Below are positions 51,633-64,000 of a stretch of 64,000 nucleotides of DNA, in pieces. A program made the position numbers and the translations under genes. The DNA lies in the NCBI RefSeq assembly GCF_006345805.1, contig NC_042998.1, positions 130,820,001 to 130,884,000 of the forward strand. Direction: 5' to 3'. Every line of letters starts with the position of its first letter. Within the stretch, counting starts at the first letter, position 1. Below the pieces are notes generated by a model that saw only the letters and a program-made list of their open reading frames with translations, searched no databases and had not been told where the DNA came from. Source of the stretch: Octopus sinensis. Taxonomy: Eukaryota.

Positions 51633-52511
51633 CTTTCATCAGCACCCGCGCCTCCATCCTTGCCATCTTTATTTTGTTCGTTGTCAAAGATTGCGTCAAG
51701 CGTGCCAATGTGAGATCTTATGAGTGCATAAGAGCGTATAAACTCCTGCTTCTTTCGCTCTATCTGTGCTATCGTCCTTTTATATCCACTGCTCTTCAGC
51801 TCAGCTGTAATTATGTTGTTCGGATTATCTCCGTCGGCGCATTACCAGGCTCTCAGGAACAACGCTAATTGTTACTTCTCCAGGTTCTGGACATTTTGGA
51901 TAGTTTATTTATTCATCTATCTAATTATATTTAAAATTTGATAGTGCGATAGAGGGTAGAGAAGAAATAGAGAAAGAAAGTGTCTATGTATTTAGAGAGA
52001 TTGAGAGCTGAGAGAAGATAAGAAGAGAGTAAGTGAAGAAAGTTCGCGTCTGTATATTTAGAAAAATTGAGAGGCTGAGAGAGGAAAGATGGTGTGAGGG
52101 AGAGAAGTGAAGAGACAGAAAGAGAAAGAAATGAAAGAGAGGAGGTTATGCAAAAGATTGAGCGGCTGAGAGAAGATAAGAAGAGAGAGTCTATATATTT
52201 AGGAAGATTGAGAGAGGCTGAGAGAAGAAAGATTGTGTGATAGAGAAAGAGATGAAAGAGAGGAAGTGATGCAAAAGATTGAGCGGCTGAGAGAAGAAAG
52301 ATGGTGTGATAGAGAGAAGTGAAGAGACAGAGGGAGAAAGAAAAGAAAGAGAGGAGGTTACGAAGCTGAAACAGAAAATGAAAGATTATTAACAGGATGT
52401 AAATTATAAATATTTACCTGTCCGTAGCTACAAACGTTTTCTTAACTAAACTAATTGCGACTATACTTCTAATGTTCGCGTCTATATATTTAGAGAGATT
52501 GAGGGGCTGAG

Positions 52512-52552
<41 letters not shown>

Positions 52553-52691
52553 AAATGAGAAAATGGAGAAATATATCTAAATCAATCATCAACTATCAGA
52601 TAATACCGAATCAATACTTTATTAAACCACTACACAATAGCAATGATATTATACATTAATATAGTACAAATATAACAAGACATAGAAATAC

Positions 52692-52829
52692 ATTTACATT
52701 GTAGCTGACAGCTGTTTCGGCCGTGAAGACACGTATGTCTCATTTAACCTATTAGCCATATAATGCAGGTATAAATGAGACATTAACAAGAATATCTTAC
52801 GGCCTCTTCAGAGATTTTAATGCAAGTAT
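52692..52829 (-). ncRNA. Type I hammerhead ribozyme motif with very long helix II; predicted cleavage after GUC at 52707
   Basis: CTGAAGA-GGCCGT...ACGGCC-GAA-ACAGCTGT-C. Helix I is bulged (TC/GA pairs, then TTGCATT/AATGTAA). AATAAA lies about 85 nt downstream. Confidence 0.8.
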
Positions 52830-53918
52830 GAGTACAAAACCTAAATAATTTACATATAAATATAAATATGTGTGCATACATACTCATATTCTTACATATA
52901 TATATATATACACAATAATACAATATAAACAATATAGATCAATATACATCAACAAACACAATAATGTACCATATTGAACTCCACAGCTCCTCAACCAACA
53001 TCAAGAAACCACAACAGACACACTCACACTCAATGCAGGCATATATATATCAAACAGTCCAATATATTAAAATGTGTCATTTCACAAAAAGTCAATAAAG
53101 TTAATACCACCACCACGGTACCATCCAATGCAAAAGCAACAAATAAATACTTCCGGCTTTCGTAGGGTAGAGATGTGTTGCTTTGCTCTGTGATATAACA
53201 TATATATGTTTTTAATTTATTAAATATGTTAGGTCATTCATCAGTCCTTCTTAATATTTTAACTCTATCCGTGTGAGTGTAATGTATTCCAGAAGAGACA
53301 CACATTTTCTATACATTACTTTTGTATCCCTCATTTTGTATTCCCGACCTTCCTCCGTCTTTTTATCTTTTCTGTCTTTTACTTTTAGTTCCTTTGATTC
53401 TTCAATTCAGTTTTCATTTCAATTTGTTTTTAATTTCCATCTTCTATTCTCTTTCTTTCCATTCATATTTCCTTCGTTCCTTCTCCTGCATTATTGTTAT
53501 TTGTACTGTATTTATATTATCAGTTTGACAAATACAGAAACTTTTACTATTTTACAATAATTTTATATGTAGCGGTAGTTACAGTAGATTATACGTAACA
53601 ATGATATTACTTAGCTCAATGTTATTTGCTCAATATTATAAGGATAAAGTTAGTATTTCTTCATTGCTATAAGCAATTAAGAAATCGTTGTTATCATATT
53701 TATGTGGTGAGTAAGCTGCAAGTATCGATTAGAGAATCGGACAAAACACCTTGAGATATTTCTTCTAGGTTTTACAATCTGGATTAAAATCTAATCGAAG
53801 TCAATTTTGCCTTCCATTATTTCGAAGTCGATGCAATAAATACCTGCTGAGTGCTGAAGTCGATGGTTCCGACTAGCGCCTGCCCTCAATTTTTTTCCTT
53901 TGATTCCTAGAATAGAGG

Positions 53919-54006
<88 letters not shown>

Positions 54007-54030
54007 ATTATTATTATTATTATTATTATT

Positions 54031-54425
54031 GAGTGAGAGAGTGCTGCATGCCATCAAAGTAACACTGTGGTAAAATGTACGAAGTCCAGTACACGCATCA
54101 TGACTACCCGTCTGATAAGGGTACACCAGGTACATGCATACCCATATTTCCAAAGGTGAATTATCCAAAGCCCGAAAAGAATTTCTCTCGACACATGGCT
54201 ATGGTGTTCCCCCACTACCTCTGATCGTGATCAGAAATGCAAACGTCGTCAGCCACTAAGGGACATGCTCAACTGGTTCAGTTTAAACAACTGACAAGCA
54301 AATCTGTGGTATTGAGCAGAATATTTGCTCTAGCCCATCTTTTATACCAAAACAAAACAATGAACGTGATAAAATCTCCAGTCAGTTAAGATCCGAAGCC
54401 ATGAGAGCCACTGCCTAGTACTGCA
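54031..54425 (-). mobile_element. Element X, second copy, with an internal deletion of about 150 bp
   Basis: Aligns to 21719-22255. (TTA)n on both sides. Confidence 0.75.
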
Positions 54426-54445
54426 TTATTATTATTATCATCATC

Positions 54446-54476
<31 letters not shown>

Positions 54477-54480
54477 TCAT

Positions 54481-55558
54481 TCAGTAGTCTTATTTTTATC
54501 ACTTGCTTTCACTGCATTACCGAGTGTATCTCTGTATGCCTTGGGTATATGTTGTGCTTTGTTGTGATGTATTGTTACTGTATTGAAAGTGCTTGTTAGC
54601 CCTAATGGTTTTTGTTATGTATTTGTCTGAATATGTTTTTATCATACCCAATGCGTCTATTATGATACGAATTGTATCTATTTTTAGATTCCACATTCGA
54701 GTTACCTCTATTTCCAGGTCTTTTCATTTTGAAAGTTTCTCCATGTCTTTTAGAGAAACGCTGTCACCTGTTCGTAGTGATACATCGATTAGAAAGCATT
54801 TCTTTTCTTCATGATCTCTGACAAATATATCAGGTCTGTTAATTTCTCTATCAGTATGTATTGGAATATCCCAATGTGACCTTTTCTAGCGTGTACCTAT
54901 ACCATAATTTTTCTCTTTGTTATTCCATAGTGTTGGTATAGCTTCCAGTGTATAGAGATCCCATCCCTGTCGTGTCTGCGAATATATTCCTTCTTAGCCA
55001 GGACTGGGAAGCCAGAGACAATATGGTTTATTGTTTCTTCTTCTCCACAAATTCTGCAGTTACTTGTTATATTTTATTTCATTATATGTTTTTGGTAATT
55101 TTTTTGGTGGGAAGGCTTTGGACTTGTGCTGCAATTAAAAATCCTTCAGTTTCTGCTCTGAGTCATGAGCTTCTCAGCCATTGCTGGGATTTTGCTTTGT
55201 CTACTTCTTTTGCGTTTAGTTTACACCAGTATTTGCCATGAGGGGACTTTTCTTGCCATCGCTTTATCATGATCCGTTACTATTGCAGTTTTAGTTTGGA
55301 CTTCATTTGTTTTACAGCTTTTGTTGTTTCTTATTTTCTTCATAGTTGTTAGGTAGTATGACATCTTTTGTATTTGTCAGTTTCCTTAAATACTTTAAAC
55401 AGTTTTTTTTTTGTTCGTGTTTTGTCCCTATTTGTATTAGTTTTCCTTGCATCTGAAGTAGGTACTTTGTGGTCCTGTGATAGTTATTTTGTAATAGTTT
55501 TCTAGCTTATAAGGCCTCTAACACATTCTATGCGTTGTATATATAACATGTCTGTCAG
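54481..55558 (-). mobile_element. R4/Dong-clade 3' fragment (zinc knuckle plus endonuclease)
   Basis: LRAETEGFLIAAQ, CRICGEEETINHIVSG, NRPDIFVRD...CFLIDVS. Stops are present. Confidence 0.85.
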
Positions 55559-55641
<83 letters not shown>

Positions 55642-55646
55642 CATCA

Positions 55647-55710
<64 letters not shown>

Positions 55711-56281
55711 CATATGTTTGACATTTGCTTTGTATTTGTACAAGTTGATTCCAGAGCCCTCAAGAGACAACAAGTTAGAAGTTCAAATGGGTGATATTCC
55801 TAGGATGTCATTATATTTCGTTTTGCACACAGTATTATTCTAGAGAATGCTTAAGAAAACATAAGAAAATTATGTTTGTTTTAAACTTTCAGATTATTTG
55901 ACAGTATTTTACGTAGGATATGGGCAGTCCCCATGAGCACTTTCATTTGGATTTCTGCCATTTGGGGTTTTCCTGGTATCTGAGCTAGGTAGCAATCAGC
56001 CCCTTTTGCTAACATTCCTAGGACACCTATGACAAGTATTGTTTTAGACTTGAGGTTCCACATTTTGCCAATTTTTCTTTCAAGATCGTTATACTTGCTC
56101 AGTCTTTCGTAGGTCTTGACAGATACATTTATGTCGATTGTGACAGTCATATCAATGAGGAGGCATGATTTTCAATATAATGTCTGGCCTATTCGCATTT
56201 ATCTTTCTGTCAGTTTGAACGGTGGTCGTTTTCAAGCACTGAATGTGGTTTGTGTTCCCACCAGTTTTTATCATGGGGCAT
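55711..56281 (-). mobile_element. R4/Dong-clade 3' fragment, same family as 22990-24335
   Basis: KYNDLERKIGKMWNLKSKTILVIGVLG...LMGTAHILRKILS. The 3' UTR matches 22990-23160. (TAA)n tail at 55560-55710. Confidence 0.85.
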
Positions 56282-56948
56282 TGCTGACTTCTGCGTTTAT
56301 GTCGAACACCTGCTGTCACGTGTATGACGGATCCGCATATTGGCTGAGTCTATAGTGAAGATCACCCTACCACCTTCTTTCGGTCGGGAAGGATAGGCAG
56401 CGTTTCTTTTTCTGGTAGCCTTACCGAATGTAGTTGTGGTGGAGCGGCTCGAAAGGGCTGAAGACAACCACTTACCTCTCCTCAAAGTTATCAAGTTTTC
56501 CTTGAAAAGGAAAGTGAGGGTAGAGAGTGAAAACGTGGGTAAATGTTGCGCTTATAGCCCGAGTAAACGGGTTTACTCTAAGTATGTGCTTCTAGATCGA
56601 TGGTAGATGAAGTGGAGAAAGCACTTGCACTAGAGGTGAGAACGATAGTGTTTATAGTGGGGTTTCCACGAGCAGCCTCTGGAAACCTCCGTCTTTTGGT
56701 GATTTATTATAATTGTTATTATCATTACCTTTTAAACACGATTAAATCTGAATATTTTTATTTTGTGCTATCCTGTGCCGTCCCCAATCTGTTATATAAA
56801 CCCTCAGTAGTGAATAATGAAAATATTATTAATATTATAAAGTAGTTGGAGGTTCTTGGGACTGTCACATTAAGTTGACAGTATACAACTAATTTGTCGT
56901 ACCACTACTGCATAAATCTCTCTGAGATATTTAGAAACGTATTATTTC

Positions 56949-57083
<135 letters not shown>

Positions 57084-57254
57084 CAGTAGACCACTAAAGG
57101 ATATGTTTTACAGCATGTTGTTTAGTTAGTTGTACACACTTCTGGAGTTGACTATATAGCTGTGTGTACGTATGTATATAATAACATACATACGCGCGCA
57201 CGAATGTCCGTGTGTGTGTGTGACGCAAAATTATACAATAAACAAAAATCAAAA

Positions 57255-57345
57255 GATAAGAATAGGTGAGAGAACAACAAACATGGTGTATTAGTTTGAC
57301 ACTCAGGGAAAATGATAGAAGTCAGGAGCAGTGATTTATCTTTTG
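57255..57345 (-). mobile_element. Penelope-like pseudo-LTR fragment
   Basis: Inverted homolog of 58365-58445 (cattttccctgag...caaac.aata). Confidence 0.5.
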
Positions 57346-58324
57346 AAATTCTCCATTCTTCAGTCCCTCGCGGTATCAGTTCTTCAACTATCTTCATTGA
57401 AAACCCACTTCCACACGCATCTACACACTAAACACATCCAACATTCCCCTGCCCCTCTTCGTCTACAATGCCCCCAAACATTCTCTACATTGTAATATCC
57501 ATTACCCACACCTCACGAGCCATTATGCCCCTATATACTCCCACATACACGCACACATACCAACTCAAGGATTCTCACTCCCTTCTTCATATGTACCTCC
57601 CAACACTTACCTACTTTGTCACTTGTATTCCACCTGACACTTCCATCCATGTCGACCCACACACATCTTCGTACTGCCTATATACGTCAGATAGCCTCAC
57701 AGAAACACATATAAACGCCTTTACACACATATACATACGCACGGAACAGTGTCATTCGTACACTTCATACACACACAAACACACACACACACTAGAGCGC
57801 ACGTGCATTTGTCCGGTTGCCTCTTACGGACAGACGTAAAACGAAACAAGACCACAAACACACGTACATACACTACGACATACAGGCGCTTGTACACACA
57901 TCTGATAGCCTCACACATATACACACGTCCTCAAATACGCATATACACACGTCCACAAACACGCATTCATTACACATAAATACATGGGTGGGACACACAC
58001 ATCACGCCAAATTCGCACATGAACTGGTTCGCACAGAGTGGCCTCATACAAATACACATATGCGCTCCCATACATACGCATACACATGCTCATATTATCT
58101 TCAAACTGAAATGCGTGTTGCCCAAACACACTCACTCAGATTCTCACCCATCATTTATCTACACGCTCGCTTTATCTTCCCATACACAAAGATGTTTGGG
58201 CGCTATCTTCATTGCTACCCTTCTCTCCAAAACACATCTTTTCTCCTATTTCAATAAGTGCAACTGTTAATCGAGGTGCGTTTTACTCTCTATTTCCCAC
58301 TTTCCTACAACTGTTTTCTCTGCT

Positions 58325-58445
58325 CATTCCTTTCTGTAGAAGAGCCCAAACTCGAAACATCAAAGATTTCTTCCATTTTCCCTGAGTTTCAAACAAATAT
58401 ACCTTGCTTGTTATTCCCTCTCCTGTCTCTGTCTTTCATTTTTTG
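58325..58445 (+). mobile_element. Penelope-like pseudo-LTR fragment with degenerate minimal hammerhead at 58330-58365
   Basis: CTTT-CTGTAGAA-GAG cccaaa CTC-GAAACAT-C-AAAG. Confidence 0.5.
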
Positions 58446-58676
58446 TGCTTTGTTTTTCTGTGCAGTTTGAACCAAATATATACACATGGTGATACCTGTT
58501 TGGTCCCACCTGACTGAACCTCCTCCTTTCTTTGACTTACATATTTTTCCTAGCATCTCGAAAACTTGCTATCTCTCCTAAAGCACATTACAACCATTCT
58601 AGTCAGACTACCATTGGAAGTTTATATCACTCGGTGTCTACGCTCATGGATCTTACTGTATGCTATTGTTGATATA

Positions 58677-58737
<61 letters not shown>

Positions 58738-58749
58738 GTATGCATGTAT

Positions 58750-58944
58750 ACGTGGTAAGAAGCTTCCTTCCGAACCACTTGAATCCGGGTTCAGTCCCAT
58801 TGTATGAAACCTTGCGCAAGTGTCTTCTAATTTAGCTTCGGATATAACCAAAACCTTGTTGAGTGGATTTGGTAGGCGGAAACTGAAAGAAGCCCTTCGT
58901 ATATATGTGTATATGTGTATGTGTTGGGCGCCGTGTGCATGCGT

Positions 58945-58988
<44 letters not shown>

Positions 58989-59200
58989 CTTTGTGTCTGT
59001 GTTTATTACCCCATCACCGCTTGACAATTGGTGTCCGTGTGTTTATGTCCCCATAAGCTAGCGGTTTAGTGAAAGAGATCGATAGAATAAATAGAAGTTT
59101 TTTTTTTTTTAAAGTCTTGAGGTTGATTTGTTTGACGGAAATCCTCCTAGGCGGTGCTCTTGCATGGCCGCAGTCAAATGACTGAAACAATTAAAAGAAT
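58750..59200 (+). mobile_element. SINE family A
   Basis: B box gggttcagtccc, body, internal TG tract, and tail gcatggccgcagtcaaatgactgaaac. Confidence 0.85.
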
Positions 59201-59420
59201 ACATACATATATACATACATTCATGCAGACATATACATACATGCAAATATGTATGTATCTATCTGTCTATCTATCTAACTTTCTATCAATTTATCTATTT
59301 CTCTCTCTCACTCTCTCTTTCTCACTCTCTCTTGCACTCCCTCACTATGTATATAGTGTGTGTGTGTGTATGTATGTATGTATGTATGTATGTATGTATG
59401 TATGTATGTATGTATGCATA

Positions 59421-60867
59421 CGGGGTGTCCTAAAATCAAGGCAACCGACTCTTTTCAATTTTGCCAAAGTAAAATATAGTTATATTTCGGGTCCGAGAGT
59501 TGCAATACAATGGTAAAGAAAACACAATTATGACGCTACCACATTTATTCGATATGACCACGTTTGTTTCGAATCATAGCCTTAAGTCTAGGTGTGAATA
59601 CTTCACACGTGTCACGCAGCATTTTTGTGGGATTGAAGCCTATTCCTGGTGTAGATTTGCCTTCAGAGCGTTGAACAAAGCATCAGGAGTGCTCGAGGCC
59701 TCAGCTCCTGTTGAAGGTTCCAAGTTGCGCCTAGAAAGTGTTCGTTTGCATATAAAAACAGTTCAGCTTCTGGAATCTCACTAGTGTATCGATAGAGGAT
59801 AATTCTTACACTCAAGAAGCCTATTCCTGGTGTAGTTTTGCCTTCAGAGCGTTGAGCAAAGCGTGAGGAGTGCTCGAGGCCTCAGCTCCAAAATGGACCA
59901 AACAGAAATATCCAACGGTTTGATATCGGGGTTTCTTGGGTATCATACATCCTTATCTATAAACAACGAAATGCTTTTCTAAATCCAGTGCTATGTCTGT
60001 TTGAAGCTGTTGGGTTGGTGCCGAGTCCTGTTGAAGGTTCCAAATTGTGCCTAGAAAGTGTTCATTTGCCCATGGAAGCAGTTCAGCTTCCGGAATGTCG
60101 CTAATGTATCGATAGGTGATAATTCTAACATTCAAGGGCAAAAAAAAAAAAAAAACGAGACGAGACCTTTCAGCCACGAAAACCATACCTGACTGTAGAT
60201 TTTGACATCGATTTCCAACTCTACTCTCCACGAAGCCAGATACTCATCAAATTCGCTCATTGTGGTGGCTTACAGTCTGTTTGACGTCAAATTTCTTTTC
60301 ATCAGCGAACACCAGGTTGAGCAGCATTCCTTCAGCAAACTGACGCAGGATAAGACGACTTCTCTCCAGTCTCATAGCCTTATAAACTAGCGTGAGCTCA
60401 TGACGACGGATTATTTTGTAGTAGTGGGTCTTGAAATCCTCGTTCAGCACTTGATACATCGATGTTCGTCTTATTTGCGTTGTGGGAGCCAGCTTTCTGA
60501 CGGAAAGACGAGGGTTTCGCTGTATCTTTTCTCTCATCCTTTTGATAAACTTTTTTCTGCTACATCGAAGTCGATCAGCGGTGGAACTAGTCTCTTGATA
60601 TTTCTTGGCAATGTTCCAAACTAGTTCGGCTAATTTTAAGTTTTTTTTTGTTTTTTTTGCTGTAGCTGTATTACTTTCGCCTTCTTTGCGGAGGGTTATG
60701 ATTGTATTTTGGTCTATAGCCATTATCTAATTTATAAATCTGAATTTATTTAGTCTGAAAGAAAAAGAAGATACACTAAGCTTTTATAATGATATTCATA
60801 TCTTATAACGTTCATTGATAGTTATTAAAGTCCGAAACATCGGTTGCCTTAAAATCAGAACACCTTG
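59421..60867 (-). mobile_element. Tc1/mariner-superfamily transposon (maT/DD37D-like), decayed, with TA target duplication
   Basis: Imperfect terminal inverted repeats of about 28 bp (cggggtgtcctaaaatcaaggcaaccga versus caaggtgttctgattttaaggcaaccga). ORF 60247-60723 contains REKIQRNPRLSVRKLA and VFADEKKFDV, followed by LQQDSAPT. Confidence 0.85.
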
Positions 60868-61650
60868 TATATATCGTCTATAACATTCCGCACATTTGGC
60901 TACCCTTTTTTTTTTACCTTTAATCTCGATGATGTGATTTCGGTTTTTCGACCAACGGAATTCCTATTTGTCACATTAACGTGAAAATGTTCGTAGACTT
61001 TGCAGATCCGTATAAAGTTATAGTAATTCTAACACGAAACAATGTAGTATTGGGTAAAAAACAAAAAAAAAGAAAATGAAAAGTGGGCCTTTGAGTGCTA
61101 TAAAATGGTGAAAGAGAAGGGATAGGAAAGTTAGCAATACTCTTACACACTTCGTAATTGATGAACTGCGTCGTTAATCTGGACGTAGTTTGAACTCAGA
61201 ACACACATTACATAGACATATTATTCGACCTGACGCCTTTACAATTCTGCTAATTTGCCTACGTAGTCAAGGCATCATATTATTTATTAACCGTTGTTAT
61301 ATTTCTGCTTGTTGCGGTGGTTTTAGTAATATTTTTGTTGGTGGTTTTATTCTTACGAGAGGAAGCTGTGGTACAAAAGATAATAATAATGATGGTGGTG
61401 GTGCTGGTGGACTTTCATTGCTTTAAATATTCGTATGGAATTTTTAAAATATAAACAGACATAGAGAGGAGATGGTTAAAAAAGGGAGACGCGATGAGAG
61501 TAACCACAGATAAAAAAATAGAAGGAAGAGTAAAGAAACATTGAAATTGAGATAGCTAGAGAAAGAAAATAAAGAGAACAAGATTAGTGAAAAGTTGAGA
61601 TGTATTAAAGAAAGGAAACGAAAGAGTGAGAGAGAGAGAGAGAGAGAGGA

Positions 61651-61691
<41 letters not shown>

Positions 61692-62228
61692 GAAGAAAGA
61701 AAGACAGAGAGAGACAGAGATAGAAAATGAGACGTAGAAAGACAAAAGGAAAGATAGCATATACACATATACATTAATGAACATCTGATTGTGTGCAGGT
61801 GTGTTATTGACATATTTATTAGAATTACAAGAAAGTATATAACATTGGATGCACATTATATATTTCATTGTAGTAAGAAATTCTAAAGTGGTTTAGAGTA
61901 GGAGTTTAATAATAGATTTGAAGTGGAGGCCTGGGATTTCGAAAATTTACAGTAAACAACAAAAGTTTATTGACGATAGTTCCTTTGTAAAAAATTCAAC
62001 TCTCAATTATAGGTTTCATTCGAAAGTTGCTGAGTGCTACACCATATATAGTTGTTACTCTACGAATCGCCTCAGTCGTTTGTTTTCAGTTTCCGATTGG
62101 TGCCACATTGATTCAATTAGGCAAAGAGTCCTCTTGAAAAAACATGGATATATAGATATGCATTTCTTTATAGTATTCTATATATTGTAGATCTTTCGCT
62201 GACATGAGAATACATTATTGCATAATAC

Positions 62229-62276
<48 letters not shown>

Positions 62277-62935
62277 AATACATTATTGCATAATACGCAT
62301 ATATATATATATATCGAGAGAGAGAGAGAGAGAGAGAACAAATGAGGGAGAGAAAGAATGAGAAAGAGAGAGAGGGGAGATAAAGAGATAGATAGATATA
62401 AATATATAGATAAATATGTGTGTGGTTTTGAGCGTGCATTCCTATGTAGGTATGTGTACTTATATTCACGTCCATATATACACTCACAGTGAAGAGAAAA
62501 GGAGAAATATTTCTTCTTATATCATTACGGTGTATTAACAGAATGTTAGATATAAGAAAGTGTGGCTATAATGAAATCTAATAAACATCTAAGGTTATGC
62601 ATGCAAAATAACTAAGGAAATACAAACATTAATATTAGAATAATATCAATTTAGCATGAATACCTACATCCACATACATCCATGCAATATAATCATAAAA
62701 GTATTTTAGAATTGTTCATAGTGCCACAATAACATATTTCTCACAAGCGCTTACAATCCCATACGCATATGTATGTATGTATTATGTATGTATGTATGTA
62801 TGTATGTATGTATGTATGTATGTATGTATGTATGTATGTATGTATGTGTGTATGTATGTTTGTATGTATGTATGTATGTATGTTTGTATGTATGTATGTA
62901 TGTAGGTATGTATGTAGGTAGGTAGGTAGGTACCG

Positions 62936-62960
62936 TATTTTCCGGCATACAAGTCGACGT
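62936..62960 (+). mobile_element. Solo pogo/Tigger-like terminal inverted repeat
   Basis: TA-CCGTATTTTCCGGCATACAAGTCGAC. The partner end was not found. Confidence 0.35.
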
Positions 62961-63559
62961 ACTGTGACTATGCAGTATAAACATTCAAAAATTGTCACTA
63001 CATGTGCCGCATTACACAAGGAAATTTTTGTCCTGGAATGTCGTCTTCCCGGTTTGAGTCAACTTACCTTTATTACCTTCAAATTTTAATTCGAAAAATT
63101 CGAATTTTATGTTAGAAAATGCGGTTGGCTTCTTCGAAATTTATTTTCATTTTGTGTTCTTTGCAGAATTCAGACCGGTCACTTATTCAGTGGCATGTTG
63201 TTTTTTCCTTAGATCAAGACCGTACCTATGTAGATTTATGTATGCATGTGTTCGTGTGTGTCGTATGTATGTGAGGGTGTGTGGATAAGCTGTGTGAGTA
63301 ATGTATATTTCACTGTTGTTTATGCCTGTGTCTACATACGTTTATGTCACCCTAACCCTAACTCTTTTGTTGCACGTCCTGTGACCTCTTCAGAAACACT
63401 TTATCCCATGTGTCTCCTCTTGCTTTGCTTTGTCCCAAAATACTTATATAAACTGTCACTCAAAAGCTTCAAACTGAGATATCCGGATTATTATTTTATT
63501 TTCTGTTTCTCGAATATTCACCTTTCCTCTGATCACCTATATCTAGAGAAAATGAATTA

Positions 63560-64000
63560 GTCTGCTGTGTTTTCTCGGGAGGAACCTAGATAATTCCAGA
63601 TTTCTAAGCAGGCCTGTTGTTATGGATCTCAATGCACCTACGATAATAGGAACAAATGAAAATCTATAACCTGGATGTAAGAAACTGTAGGGATTTCATC
63701 AATTATCTATAGATCGTCTCGTCTCCAATTTTTGAAGGGTCTATTCATATCTGCTGGATAACCGAACTCCACATCGGTGGATAAAGTTTGCCCTCTCTCT
63801 CTCTCCCATTCAACTAAATTTGTACTGTTACATTTATGACGGGTTGCAGACTTCATTAGAATGTTCTGCAAATATTCTTCGTGTGTAAAGCTGTGGATAA
63901 TTTCTGTTCTGGTGTCAGGGTTATCGTTCCTGCGTATTGCATGGTAGCGATAATATCACCGCTCACAGAAGGGTAATCATGCTGGTATCATGAATATTTT
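63560..64000 (-). mobile_element. Very decayed restriction-like-endonuclease retrotransposon fragment
   Basis: Minus frames give VEFGYPADMN and FVPIIVGALRSIT. Confidence 0.55.

Larger units (their letters stand above)
48005..52510 (-). mobile_element. Near full-length but decayed CR1-group LINE: 5' UTR, ORF1, APE-RT ORF2, 3' UTR
   Basis: See the ORF features below. The 5' boundary is uncertain (between 51900 and 52510). Confidence 0.9.

Noticed and set aside
62210-62297. 20-bp direct repeat atacattattgcataatacg flanking (TA)n
   Set aside because: A simple local duplication with no element between the copies.

Overview
AT-rich, microsatellite-saturated animal genomic DNA. The repeat landscape is most consistent with a coleoid cephalopod (Octopus-like); this is inference, not a database result. 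No host protein-coding gene could be identified with confidence, and most ORFs in the track are microsatellite translations. The window is a layered transposon graveyard: a near full-length but decayed CR1-group LINE (48005-52510, minus), many R4/Dong-type retroelement fragments chained through (TAA)n tracts, at least three tRNA-derived SINE families, two composite Helitrons (one with a PIF1 helicase fragment), decayed mariner and maT-like Tc1/mariner elements, and several Penelope-like (PLE) termini. The strongest hidden signal is a set of type I hammerhead ribozyme motifs, all with palindromic, dimer-type helix III. Four have a canonical CUGANGA/GAAA core and a long 58-87 nt helix II: two face outward in a near-perfect 640-bp palindrome (33703-34342), one sits inside a 31-bp inverted repeat (46212-46372), and one lies just upstream of the LINE (52692-52829). 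Two of these loci are homologous and show compensatory base changes. All folds and alignments were done by eye and need computational confirmation.
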